From Octopus sinensis (taxonomy: Eukaryota): a stretch of DNA of 64,000 nt. The DNA lies in assembly GCF_006345805.1 (NCBI RefSeq), contig NW_021833011.1, forward strand, positions 27,017 to 91,016, read 5' to 3'. Below, in pieces: positions 24,805-37,104 of this stretch. The notes beneath the pieces are model-generated. The model was not told the origin of the DNA, searched no databases, and saw only the letters and a list, made by a program, of their open reading frames with translations. The translations under genes were made by a program, and so were the position numbers. Numbering within the stretch: position 1 is the first letter of the stretch; the number at the start of each line of letters is the position of its first letter.

Positions 24805-25053
24805 GTGGGTTTGGAATTCAAGCTGAATCTAACAGAATTATGAAAGAAAGAAAGAGTGAACTGACACCTGGAGAAGTAGTGTCAACTAAAGCTGGTAAAC
24901 TCAAATGCAAGGCTATCCTTCATGTTGTTGGACCCGTTTGGAATGATGGACAAACTGAGGAAATTTTTCACCTTTCAAGAGCTGTTCGAAATTGTTTGGC
25001 AGGTCTTGAAGAAATGTCTTATACATCAATTGCAATTCCTGCCATCAGTACAG
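24805..25053 (+). CDS. PARP14-like: Macro-PARP (PARP9/14/15-like) exon A: central part of a macro-1-type domain
   Basis: TTTGCAG acceptor, GTAAGA donor, phase 1-1, open: (G)GFGIQAESNRIMKERKSELTPGEVVSTKAGKLKCKAILHVVGPVW...SIAIPAIST(G). Confidence 0.88.
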
Positions 25054-25443
25054 GTAAGAATTTACCATTTTGTTTCTGTTCAAATTAATTGGCACAGAAA
25101 GAGTAATTACACTATTTAGTGTATAGCAAGGCAACTATCCTGTCCCTCTCTCATGCTCTAACCTCTCCTCTGGCATCCATCCACTTCCCTTGGTTTCACT
25201 CTCCGTCTCAACTAAAAGTCTTTGTCTTACAAGTAACTTGGCAACCCCACTTTTTACGTGGCACCAGCTCCTGTGACGGTGTCCCAGAAAAAGCACCCAG
25301 TGCATTCTCTAAAGTGGTTGGCATTCTGGAAAGGAAGGGAATCCAGCCATAGAAACTATACCAAAAGAGAAAATTGGTACTTGGACAGCTCTCCGGCCTT
25401 GCCAGCATCAAAAACAGAGGTGAAATGATGACAATGATGATAT

Positions 25444-25474
<31 letters not shown>

Positions 25475-26339
25475 AGAAGATGTGGTTGGTTATGGTTAAA
25501 AGGTTGATGTTCCACATGATTTCTGGTTCAGTTCCCTGGCAAGGTATTTTGGGCAAGTCATTCATTATAGACCTGGGTTTGGCCCAAACCTTCCAGTGGA
25601 TTTGGTGGACGGGAATTGAAAAGAGGCCTGTTGTGGCACAGCTGACATTCTAGAAGAACAGTATTTGTTGTTGTTGTGTGAGTGTGTGGCAGTCCTAGCA
25701 CCTAAGCAGACGAGTCTTGTCTGCCAACATATATGAGTGCTTTTATGCACCAGACATCCATATGAGACATCCTCTCATGGTAAATAACGCAGTATTGGTG
25801 CTCAAACACAACATCCACATTTAGTTGGATATAAAAATTGCCTGTTGGTATTACTATTGCTTCTGTTGCTGTTAATTACCTTTTTCATAGACTTGCTGGC
25901 TATTTGCAAAATCAGTGCCTTAACAGATACTGAAATTCTATATATGGTCAAAAGATTTGGCTGTTATGTCACAACTAGATGTCTCCTACTGAAGAATCCA
26001 GGCAAGATGAAATAATGTCATCTAGCAGTAATAGTGATTATAGCAGATGGTTCTCGTCTCTTAAAAATATAAATATGAGTAATTTTATGCACCCAAGGCC
26101 CTGTGGGAGGTCCTTTTGAGGCAAATAATGGAGTACTCTCTGTTCTAACATGACCTCTACATTAAGTTGGAAGTAAAGTTTGCATATGTATATATTATGG
26201 CGGTTTTCGGTTTTAAACCTTAAGCTTTCTCTTAGGTTCTATTATTTATTTTGGCTTTTCTCTGAGTAAGGGAGAATATAATGATTCAACGTCACTTATA
26301 CTCAAGTGTTATCATTATACCTAAAACCCTAATGCTTGC

Positions 26340-26780
26340 AGGTGATGAAAAATCCTATCGGTGCCAAACTTTAGACCTTGGATGCATCCACGTTGTTGTG
26401 TGATCTCCTTTGTGCATAAAGTGAGTGCCTGCGATGTAAAGTCCATGTTTATCGCAAAGCTCCAGCAGCATGAGACCATTGCTATTCATTTTCCCTACTC
26501 CAAAATGCTCTAGAGAGTTCCATGTTTGCCGGTCTGTTCCAACCCTGGCTTTGAAATCTCCCAATAGAATGACTCAGAATTGAGGATTTTCCTAAGTATG
26601 GCTCTCAGCTGGGTATAAAAAATAGCTTTATCTTCATTGCAACTAGTCAAAGCGAGTGCTTAGGCACTTACTAGAGTAGCAAACCACCCACCTTTCAGGT
26701 GCAATCTTACAGTCATTAGACGTTCGTTTATAGGAACAGGAAGCACTCCAACTTCTTCAGGATATCAGATCGAACTGATA
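26340..26780 (-). mobile_element. RTE LINE endonuclease fragment
   Basis: ORF 26355..26564 GDFKARVG...GKMNSNGLMLLELC...TWMHPRSKVWH. Confidence 0.8.
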
Positions 26781-27016
26781 TACCGATGATTAAATAAGGT
26801 GCAAAATGATAAATAAAATGTATATATTTGGTAGAATGACGACACATGTTTCGTGGTTATATTTAAGAAATGATTATAGTAAAAATAGTATTAGTAGTAA
26901 AATCATTTCAATATAAATATAGCCACTCATCAGGTTAAAAATAACTACAATAATAAAATAATTAATTAATATATATACGTAAAGAATCTTTTAAAATAGA
27001 AATATATTCTTTAAAA

Positions 27017-27047
<31 letters not shown>

Positions 27048-27074
27048 ATATATATATATATATGTATGTTGGGT

Positions 27075-30000
27075 GGGAATCTGGTATCTTCACTGGGGTA
27101 CATGGTAGCCATAGTATTGGCACCCGAAACAATGAGGGGACTAGGCCACTGGAATTCTGTGATGCATGTAACCTTTTAATCTGCAACTCTAACTTCAGGA
27201 AGCCAGACAGCCACCTTACAACCTATCAATGAGGAAACTCTGTAAGCCAGATTGATTTCATCCTCACCAGACAGCGGGACGCATGGTTGCTCTTCAATAC
27301 AAAGACCCTCCCGGGTGAAGAATGTACTCCCTAGCATATTAGTGACTTTAGGCTTGAGGCCAGAAGGATACCTAGAAGCAGACCAATCCAGAAAAAAAGA
27401 ATATGGAAGCTAAAGAAGCCTTCACATGGTCAAAGATTTAGGGACATTCTCATCAAGAAATTTGATGACAGGGAGGAGGAGTTACAGATGTCGGACATAG
27501 AAGGTAGCTTGAAATTCCTATGGGACAGCTTACTGAGTGCCACAGACCAAGTCTGTGGATGGTGCAAAGTCTCTTCCAGGCCCAGAATTACATGGTGGTG
27601 GAATAGAACAGTAGACAAAGCCATTAGAGCAAAGAAACAGGCCTGGAAAGCCTTGAAGGATGGTGGTAGCAAGGAACAGTAACATGTAGCCAGAAAGGAG
27701 GCTGGGTGGCAGGTATACATAGCCAAGAGTGAAGCAGAAAAGAAGAAGTTTGCCAATGTCCAGAGACATGAGGACCAAAGAACTGAGGTATTTCGGATTG
27801 CAAGACAGTGTGTGAGAGAAAATTGTGATGCCACAGGAGAGAAATGTGTTCGAATGGATGATGGTGCACTTGCTTTTAGTGATTCTGAAAAGAAAGAGGC
27901 TTGGAAAAGCCATTATGAAAGACTGCCGAATGTGGAGAATGAATCGGAGGAGAAGAGACTTCCAAATGTTGACCCAGAAGAGGGACCAACTATCCAAATC
28001 GACAGCTCCCTAGTAGTTAAAGCAATTAAGGATATGAAGCTAGGAAAAACCCCTGGGCCATCAGGAATCACTGCTGAGATGCTTAAAGCATCTGGTGGTG
28101 TGGGGTATGGCTTAGTCACCTGCATTGTAAACCAGGTAGTACATAACGGAGCTATACCCAATGACTAGCGTAGCAGCACCATATAGTCAACTGCTACAAG
28201 AGTAAAGGTGACGCTCTAGATAGAAATAACTACAGGGATATTAAACTGTTGGATCAGGTGATGAAGGTCACAGAGAGGGTCATAACCCATCTCATTAGGG
28301 AGAGAATTTGCTTAGATGAGATGCAGTTCGGTTTTGTGCCGGGTAGAAGCACCACTGATGCTATATTCCTGGTCCGACAACTGCAGGAGAAGTACCTAGC
28401 TAAAGATAAACCCCTCTACATAGCTTTTGTGGACTTGGAGAAAGCCTTTGACAGGTTCCCCTGATCCCTTATCTGGTGGTCTATGTGGAAACTGGAGATT
28501 GACAAATGGCTAATAAGGGCTGTACAGGCCCTATACAGAGAGGCTGTCAGCAAGGTTAGGATTGGCAACGAATATAGTGAAGAATTCCGGGTAGAAGTAG
28601 GTGTACACCAAGGCTCAGCCCTCAGTCCCCTTTTATTCATCATAGTCCTCCAGGCAACAACAGAGGAATTCAAAACAGGTTGTCCCTGGGAGCTCCTCTA
28701 TGCTGATGACCTGGCTCTCATATCAGAATCACTACCAAAACTAGAAAAGAAATTTTGGGTGTGGAAACAAGGGTTAGAATCAAAGGGCCTTAGAGTAAAT
28801 GTAGCAAAGACCAAAGTTATAGTAAGCAGAAAGGCGAACTCAGCACACACCCCATCGGGCAAGTGGCCCCGCTCAATCTGTAGGAAAAGTGTATGTAGAA
28901 ACTCCATAAGATGCACCCAATGTAAGCTATGGACGCATAAGAGGTGCAGCAACATCAAGGGAAATTAACTGATAAGATAGTTTTCATGTGTGGCAGATGC
29001 ACAGGGACAATAGACACCACAAATACTCAGAAAACAGATTCCATCACACTCCAGGGGGAGAAACTAGAAGTAGTTGATAGTTTCCGCTACCTAGGTGACC
29101 AAGTTAGTAGTGGAGGTGGATGCTAAGAGAGTGTCACCACTAGAATACGAATAGCCTGGGCAAGTTCAGAAAGCTCCTACCCCTACTGGCGACAAAGGGT
29201 CTCTCACTCAGAGTGAAAGGTAGATTGTATGATGCATGTGTGCGAACTGCCATGCTTCACGGTAGTGAAACATGGGTCGTGACTGCAGAGGACATGCGTA
29301 GACTTGAAAGAAATGAAGCTAGCATGATCCGCTGGATGTGTAATGTCAGTGTTAATACACGACAGAGTGTAAGCACCCTGAGAGAACTGCTAGACATAAG
29401 AAGCATCAGATGTGGTGTGCAAGAGCGACGCTTGCGATGGTATGGTCATGTACTGCGGATGGATGAGGAGAGATGTGTGAAGAAGTGCCGCTCCCAAACA
29501 GTTGAAGGAATCAGGGGGAGAGGTAGACCCAGGAAGACATGGGATGAGGTAGTCAAGCATGACCTCAGAGCGTTGGGCTTCACTGAGGCAATGGCGAAGG
29601 ACCGAGATCTCAGGAGATGTGCTGTGACTGCAAAGACCCGGGATGCTTCCGGCACCAGTTCCAATAGCCCCTGGCCATTGAAAGTACCATGGGTCCCAGA
29701 CCATCTCGCTGTGCTTGAGGAGACCTGTTGAGTCAAGTGCATGTACATGAACATCGAAACAAATATCAATGGAAATAGTAGTTGTGATACCTGTGCCGGT
29801 GGCACATAAAAAGCACCATCCGAATGTGGCCGTTACCAGCGCCGCCTCGACTGGCTTCTGTGCCGGTGGCACATAAAAAGCACCATCCGAACGTGGCCGA
29901 TGCCAGCGCTGCCTTGGCTGGCTTCCGTGCCGGTGGCACATTAAAAGCACCAACCGATCGTGGCCGATGCCAGACCCCCCGCTGGCACCTGTGCAGGTGG

Positions 30001-30175
30001 CATGTAAAGAGCACCCACTACACTCGCAGAGTGGTTGGCGTTAGGAAGGGCATCCAGCTGTAGAAACATTGCCAGATCAGACTGGAGCCTGGTGCTGCCC
30101 CTGGCTTCCCAGACCCCAGTCGAACCGTCCATCCCGTGCTAGTGCGGAAAGCGGACGTTAAACGATGATGATGAT
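27075..30175 (+). mobile_element. 5'-truncated RTE/BovB LINE (EN end, RT, 3' UTR VNTR, (GAT)n tail)
   Basis: ORFs 27812, 28249 (QFGFVPGRSTTDAIF, FVDLEKAFD), 28483 (GVHQGSALSP, LLYADDL), 29213; few stops; CpG-rich 3' UTR. Confidence 0.95.
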
Positions 30176-30405
30176 ATATATATATAATAAATAAATATAT
30201 ATATATATATAATATATATATACGTATAAATATATATACGTATAAATATATATATATGTATAAATATATATATACGTATAAATATATATACGTATAAATA
30301 TATATATATGTATAAATATATATATATATATATGTATAAATATATATATATATGTATAAATATAAAAATATATATATGTATAAATATATATATATGTATA
30401 AATAT
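30176..30405. repeat. AT-rich minisatellite, TATATATA(C/T)GTATAAA-like unit
   Basis: Directly visible between tail-to-tail RTE ends; resumes at ~30943-30995. Confidence 0.9.
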
Positions 30406-30940
30406 CATCATCATCATCATCATCGTTTAACGTCCACTTTCCATGCTAGCATGGGTTGGACGGTTCAACTGGGGTCTGGCAAGCTCGAAGGCTGCACCAG
30501 GCCAGTCAGATCTGGCAGTGTTTCTACAGCTGGATGCTCTTCCTAACGCCAACCACTCCGAGAGTGTAGTGGGTGATTTTATGTGCCACCGACACAGGTG
30601 CCAGGCGAGGCTGGCAGACGGCCACGCTCGGATGGTGTTTTTACGTGCCAGACGAGGCTGGCGAACGGCCACGCTCGGATGGTGTTTGTTACGTGCCCTC
30701 AGCACGGAGGCCAGTCGATGCGGTACTGGCTACGGTCACGCTCGGATTGTTTTCTTATGTGCCACCGGCACTGGTACCACACGGATACAAATTCCATTGA
30801 TGTTCATCTATTTTGATTTGGTTTGATTTGATTTGATTGATTTTCACTTGCCTCAACAGGTCTTCACAAGTGTCACAAGAAGGAAGGTATGCACAGGTGG
30901 ACTGACTACGTGCCAGGTAGGGGCCATGGGTTATGGCTTC
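30406..30940 (-). mobile_element. RTE 3' UTR with VNTR
   Basis: (CAT)n then reverse complement of the RTE 3' UTR. Confidence 0.85.
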
Positions 30941-30999
30941 ACATATGTATAAATATATATATATGTATAAATATATATATATGTATATAAATACATATA

Positions 31000-32360
31000 T
31001 TGGGCCGAAAGTAACCAGAGATATACAGCCTAAAGAAAGCACCCGAAATCTCTCCAATCTGAACTTCCACAAAGCAGATTGGAAATCGATCCAAAAAGAG
31101 ATCCTCAGAGAGGACTGGCCGGAATGTCTCTCCACACCAGACATTGAATGAAACTAGAATGTTGTTTCATGTCTTCTGTGCAAGCCGTATGCCAGAAATA
31201 TGTCCCAGAGCACAAGGCCAAAACAAATAGGAGCAAGATTCCAAGAGACAGGAAGATCCTCATGAGATGACGGATGAAGGTTGAAAATTGTCTCAACCAA
31301 CATCCCAAAAGTAGCGAAACGTCTCGCCTAAAAACAACACTGATGGAGATCGAAAAAAGGCTACAACAATCCTATGTGAAGGAGAAAGCAGACAAAGAAG
31401 CCTGGGTTATAAAAAACATTAAATCAAACCCAAAGCCCTTCTTTCATTACGCGAAAGAAACAGTCTCAGTGCACTACAAGATAGGACCCCTCCTCCAAAA
31501 GGATGGCTCCCTCACAGACAGTCCAACTATGATCAGTGAGATGCTGAATGACCAGTTCAAAAGTGTCTTTACCACCCCGCTGGAACACAGACAAGTGAAC
31601 GAACCAGTGGACTTCTTTGCCGCCTCACCTATAAATAGCGAGGCGGTTACAATAGAATGTATTGACATTAGCGAAAAAGATGTCCTACTAGCCATAGATG
31701 AAGTGGACACAAACTCAGCTGCTGGTCCAGACGGTTTCCCAGCCATCCTCCTCAAAGTGTGTAAGCATGCCCTGGCAAAACCCCTCAAGATTCTCTTCCA
31801 GAGCTTTCTTACAAATGGCAAACTGCCAAGCAAGCTGAAGGAGGGAATAATATGCCCAATACATAAAAGGGGAAGTAGAACAGATGCCAAAAACTATAGG
31901 CCTATCTCTCTGACTTCACACATCAGCAAAGTCATGGAAAGGATAATCAGAGGGAAACTATTCACATTCCTTGAAAAAATAACTTGCTAAGTGATACCCA
32001 ACATGGTTTGCGACCAGGTAGGAGCTGCCTGACCCAGCTCTTACAACATTATGATGAGGTGTTGAGGCAGTTACTAACAGATCAAATGGGGACATAATAT
32101 ACCTTGATTTTGCAAAAGCTTTTGCCAAGGTGGATCATGGTATGATATGCCACAAACTGTGTGACTTCGGCATAGCTGGAAAACTTGGAGAGTGGTTACA
32201 TGACTTCCTGAAAGATAGGAGTCAGGCAGTAGTGGCTAATGGAGCCACCTCTATGAACACACAAATAGTGAGCGGTTTTCCACAGGGCACTGTCTTGGGA
32301 CCACTGCATTTTATAGTGGCCCTCTCAGTTATGCCCTCAAATGCCCGGATAGCCACTCTG
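31000..32360 (+). mobile_element. CR1/L2-group LINE RT fragment
   Basis: ORF 31274..31990 (KSNPKPFFHYAK, SAAGPDGFP, NYRPISLTSHISKVMER), then LDFAKAF.KVDH and SGFPQGTVLGP. Confidence 0.88.
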
Positions 32361-32364
32361 GCAA

Positions 32365-32640
32365 TCAGACCTTAAGCTTCAGACACTGGGATAAAAGGAA
32401 AACAACCAATTAATCCAGTTATATATGGTCCTTAAAAGAAAAAGGTGTCAGTTAGAAGATCCACTGGAAGATCTTGGCCAAATGTAAGCCTTACACTAAT
32501 GGCAGTGGAAAGTGCAGTCTTTGCGATATGGAAAGATGGCTCGTTTGGAAAAGTTCTTTAGACCCTACTACATGTCTAAATTCAAGAACTGAACTTTTTG
32601 GGTCATGTCCAAATATAGCGAAACATTTGTTATGTTTTTG
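32365..32640 (+). mobile_element. Penelope-like element, C-terminal endonuclease region
   Basis: SSYIWSLKEK..WKILAKCKPY..CSLCDMER..LNSRTELFGSCP. Confidence 0.75.
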
Positions 32641-32823
32641 CCCCCCGTCCCCCCAGAGCACAGATAGATCCTGCTTTTTATATTATGTCCACATGCAAGC
32701 GTTTCATGTCTTCCCATTTCTTATATTTTATTCCTTTATATATTTTTTCTGTATATTATTTTTCACTCTTTATATTGGAATATGTGTGTGTATGCATGTT
32801 TTATATGTATTATGTTTATATGT

Positions 32824-32878
<55 letters not shown>

Positions 32879-32934
32879 GGTGTGGTGTGTGTGTGTGTGT
32901 GTTTGTATGTATATGTACACGCATGTGTCAGTAT

Positions 32935-34560
32935 GTATATGGGAACAATGTGCACCTATTTGTTGGAACTTTGAGGCCCAAATATTCTCAAGATGCACTG
33001 GTCCCACTCCTGAACTATCATCATCATCATATGGTCGATATTTTGATGACTGTATTGGTGCACTCTACCACGAATACCTAGACGCCTTCCTCTCTTTTGT
33101 CAATCTTCCCATCCTGCCCCCCACTTCTCCTGCACTATTTCCACGGTCAGCATTCATCACACCACTCTCAGCACCTCCAATATAAACATAGACTCACACT
33201 CATACCTCAACTTCTCCTCCTCCCACCCTAAACCACCAAGCTCTCCATCCCCTATTCTCAATTCCTTCATCTACACAGGCTCTGCAGTGACGACCATGAG
33301 TTTGAGACTGAGTCTCAACTCATGGCTTGCCACTTCTTCCTACGTAGATATCCGCTCACCACTATCCACACTGCCCTTGCCAGACCACGTTTGGTGGACT
33401 GTGCGTCTAGTCTCTCCCCCGCCGTCTCCTGTTTACCTCACCTTCCACCCCACCACTCTATCCAACACACCATTCTACGAGCCTTCTGGCGACTCCAGTC
33501 TGACCCCTACCCATTGCACATCTTCCTTAATGGACCTCTCCCTCCTTCAAAAGAACCCACAACCTACGTGACTTCTTGGTCCACAGCCCTAACCCAACCC
33601 GGCCCATTCTCCGGCTCCTTCCCACACGGCTGCACTTGCCCTTACCTCTCTAACATCCCCGCCCCACAGGCATCCATCATCAACCCTAATATATCACTGA
33701 CTCTTCACCTGCACTTTTAGCAACATCATCTACTGCATCTCTGCTCTCTTTGTCCTTCTCTGTACATCAGTCAAATGGGAAGCCGCTTGGCTGACCAGTT
33801 CACGGAACACCTCCGAGACATCAGACTGGCAACGACACCCCAGTCTCATGCCATTTCTGCTCTACCAGTCATTCTTTACAGCACCTGTCTGTGTTCAGAA
33901 TGTCGTTGCACAGGGCCATCCAGGCTTCCGTTTTCCTGTGAACAGGGATTAACCTTCTCTCTTCGCTCCTTTGCACCACATGGGCTCAACTCTCTTTCCC
34001 TCTTCATGAAACCCTCCTCTCTTCCTCTCATATCTATTTCCTCCCACGCACCTCTCCTCTTGCTCTGACACCTACTTCCTCTCTTCTCTCCAACCCACCT
34101 TCTCCCTTCGCTGTAACCCCACCCCTACACAATCCAACCCCACCCTCCCTGTTCATCCAATCCCATCCCACTCCCACATACCCCCTAACACCACATCATA
34201 CCACCCTGCACACACTAGCACTAACCACTTCCCAGAACCCAGCATCATCCATACATCTACACATGCACACACATGTGTCAAGGTCACCAACCCTCATCCA
34301 CATGCACATACACATTCTCACACATATGAGCACATTCGTTTTGGGATCACAACTACTTTATTATTTCCCATTCTTCCTAGCTTTCCTGTGTGACTCCTCT
34401 GTCTAGCATTTGCCATGATAGATCGCTAGTCAACATTTTTTATTTTCTCTTCCTGTTTATTTCTGTGTTTCTTTCTGCGCGTAGGCTCAAAACGTTAAAG
34501 ACTTTCTCACTTCCGGAGTGTTAAACTAATACATCTGCTTGTTGTTTACAGATCTGTCTT
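32935..34560 (+). mobile_element. Degenerate Penelope-like element (RT to GIY-YIG) with terminal repeat
   Basis: YGRYFDDCIG RT motif; IIYCISC.LC.SLYI.Q.G.RLADQFTEHLRDIR; terminal-repeat fragment ~34470-34560. Confidence 0.7.
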
Positions 34561-34597
34561 CATCTTTTATTTTTTGTAAATTCTGACTATATATATA

Positions 34598-35200
34598 TGT
34601 AACGGATTTAGTTGGGTTGATATTGAAATTGTCAGAGTCAGCAGTTGCGACGATGATTATTTGTTGTTATGACAGCATACTGTAGGATGTGAAAGATAGA
34701 CACTGCATGAAGTTTAGAGGAAATGTTTATTTACGTTACGTTAAAATAACTTGCCTCGACGGGCATGTTGTGATAGATCCAAAGGCATGTGAAGTAAAGT
34801 TTGTCTATGTGTCCTCTTCATTGTTAGTAGTAGTAATTACAGAGAGATAGAATGACATTGTAAGGGACAGAATTAGAGCTAGAGAGAATTGTAGGGTGTT
34901 GTCTCACAGTTGCTTTCTCCCTCTGACCAACGTTGGTCAGCCAGACCACGTTGAATCGTCACCAACCGTGACTAACTCCGTTAAGTCGTCATGACTGTGA
35001 TGAACTCACTTTTGCTTGGGGTATGCTTGCTTTATAAAGATCCAGAAGGATAGATATATCATTGAGAACAACAGATTCAGTTGGTGGTCTTGTTATCTCT
35101 ATTCTAGCTTTTGCTGAAGTAGAAGAGGTTAGAAAGGGTCAAGCGGTGAAGACATTATTTCGGCCTAGCTAAAGGCATCAGAAAAATGTAAAACTGCTGT
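34598..35200 (-). mobile_element. Possible solo LTR
   Basis: Begins TGTAAC right after (TA)n; minus-strand TATA-like (~35031) and AATAAA-like (~34725) motifs; other end and TSD not located. Confidence 0.3.
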
Positions 35201-35568
35201 CAGAGAAACACCATTGTTCCATCGTGGGAAGAGTTCTGTAATAGTGTTAATTTAAATTTGGCTATGGTGGATCAAATCTACTTCATGCATGCAAGATTCA
35301 CTACATATATATACACACACACACGTGTTCGTGTGTGTGTGCACAACTGTATGTATATATATATATATATATATGTGTGTGTGCATATGCAGATTCTGAG
35401 AAAAAAGTTTTACTTTCCCTATGCTTATTAGAGTAATTTTCCTTTCTTCAACAGTTTTTTTCATAGCATTTTTGTTTTGTCTTAATAACTGATGAGATGC
35501 CAGAGCAGATTTAAGCCCTGACATACAGAACTCTGAGTTTTATTATGACAACCAACTAATTGTCACAT

Positions 35569-35608
<40 letters not shown>

Positions 35609-36220
35609 GTGGGTGGGTGGGTGTGTGGACTGTGTTAGTACCTGTTTGTCTTTTAATCACATGATATTTGTAAACAAGGATCACCATCATACAAGCAGTG
35701 TCATCCATTTGCAGTCTACAATGAAAACATGTCTGGCCATGGGGCAATATTAGCTTCCTTGGTGTGGGGTGGTGGTGATAGGAATGTCACCTAGACATAG
35801 AAAATTTGCCTCAACCAATTCCACCTGAAACATGGAAAAGGAAACATTAAAACGATTATTATTATTATTATTATTATTGTTATTATTATTATTATCATTA
35901 TTATTATTATTATTTAACTGAAAACAACAAGAAAGAAAAGAAATGTGTTCAACAAGAGAGAAACAAAGTTCTTATTAAATACCATTATATATTAATGGGG
36001 GCTAAAGACCCCACCCCACCCCACCTCGGTCATGAATGGCCATGGTATTGCACCTAGAAATTTGCCCCCTGTCTATTAAAGAATCTTCTAAATGATGGAA
36101 TTGTATTGTTTCTTGGCATTGCAGCTGATAAATTACTGAAATTATATCACAGGTTAATATATATATTTTGAGTAAGAACAATTGTTGGATTAAATATGTT
36201 GTATACTTTATTTATTACAG

Positions 36221-36400
36221 GTACTTTTGGTATACCCATAGAAGAAGGAACTGAATGTATAGTAACAACTATAAAGATTTATCTTGATGCTTACTCAAAT
36301 TCTAAAATAAAACATATTTGTTTGATTGATGAACAGAAGGATGTAATCAGAGCTTTTAGGCATCATCTAGAAACGGTGTTTGGAATCAGTAAAAGCAGAG
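36221..36400 (+). CDS. PARP14-like: Macro-PARP exon B: end of macro-1-type domain
   Basis: TTTATTACAG acceptor, GTAGGA donor, phase 1-1; joins exon A to give SIAIPAISTGTFGIP...KIKHICLIDEQKDVIRAF. Confidence 0.88.
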
Positions 36401-36509
36401 GTAGGACTTGTTATTTGTTTGATATTTTAGTGAAAACTAAATGATTTATTTCAGGTGTTAATTAAGATTTTTCCTCCTTCAGTCAACTTTTATCTGATTC
36501 CTATAATTG

Positions 36510-36945
36510 GTTTATGGGCACAGCCATGGATTTGTGGTTAAAAAGATTCATTTCTAACCATGGTGATTCCTAATGTAAGGGAACTCAAGAAAATATCTTC
36601 TAATATGGCCCTGAGCTGACCAAAGTCTTGTCAACTGGTTTAGAAGATAGAAACTGATACAAGAGCCCCTCATATATGTATTGTGTGTTGTGTGTGTGTG
36701 TTTGTACTCTTGTCTTCAAATCACGTGATGGCTGTAAACAAGCATCTCCAGCATACAAGTGAGGTTGTTTGTTTCCTGTCTTCTGTGGAAACCTCGTGTG
36801 TCCAGGGGGAAATATTACCTTGCTTGGAAACAGGTGAGAGTCAGCATCAGGAAGAGCATCCAGCTATAGAAAGTCTGCCTCAATAAACTAATCTGACCCA
36901 TGCAAGCAGGGAACAATGGATGTGAAATCAAGGATGATGATGATG
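36510..36945 (+). mobile_element. CORE-type SINE with RTE-like (GAT)n tail
   Basis: tRNA-like head, degenerate CORE, (TG)n, 3' CCCATGCAAGCA...GATGATGATG. Confidence 0.65.
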
Positions 36946-37104
36946 TTTAATTTATGGCTGTTGATAAAATATTCTTGTCTCATTCTGTGATTCCCTAACA
37001 AAGGATAATTATAATTATTTATCTGATACATTGTAAACATGACTTTTGTTCATATTCTAATTAATATGAAGGTATAAAGTGTCCCCACCCCCACAAAAAA
37101 AACA

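Noticed and set aside
25891-26001. Open 111-nt phase 1-1 candidate exon (TTTTTCATAG acceptor, GC donor)
   Set aside because: It would split the conserved ISTG-TFG macrodomain motif formed by exons A and B; no recognisable homology; weak donor
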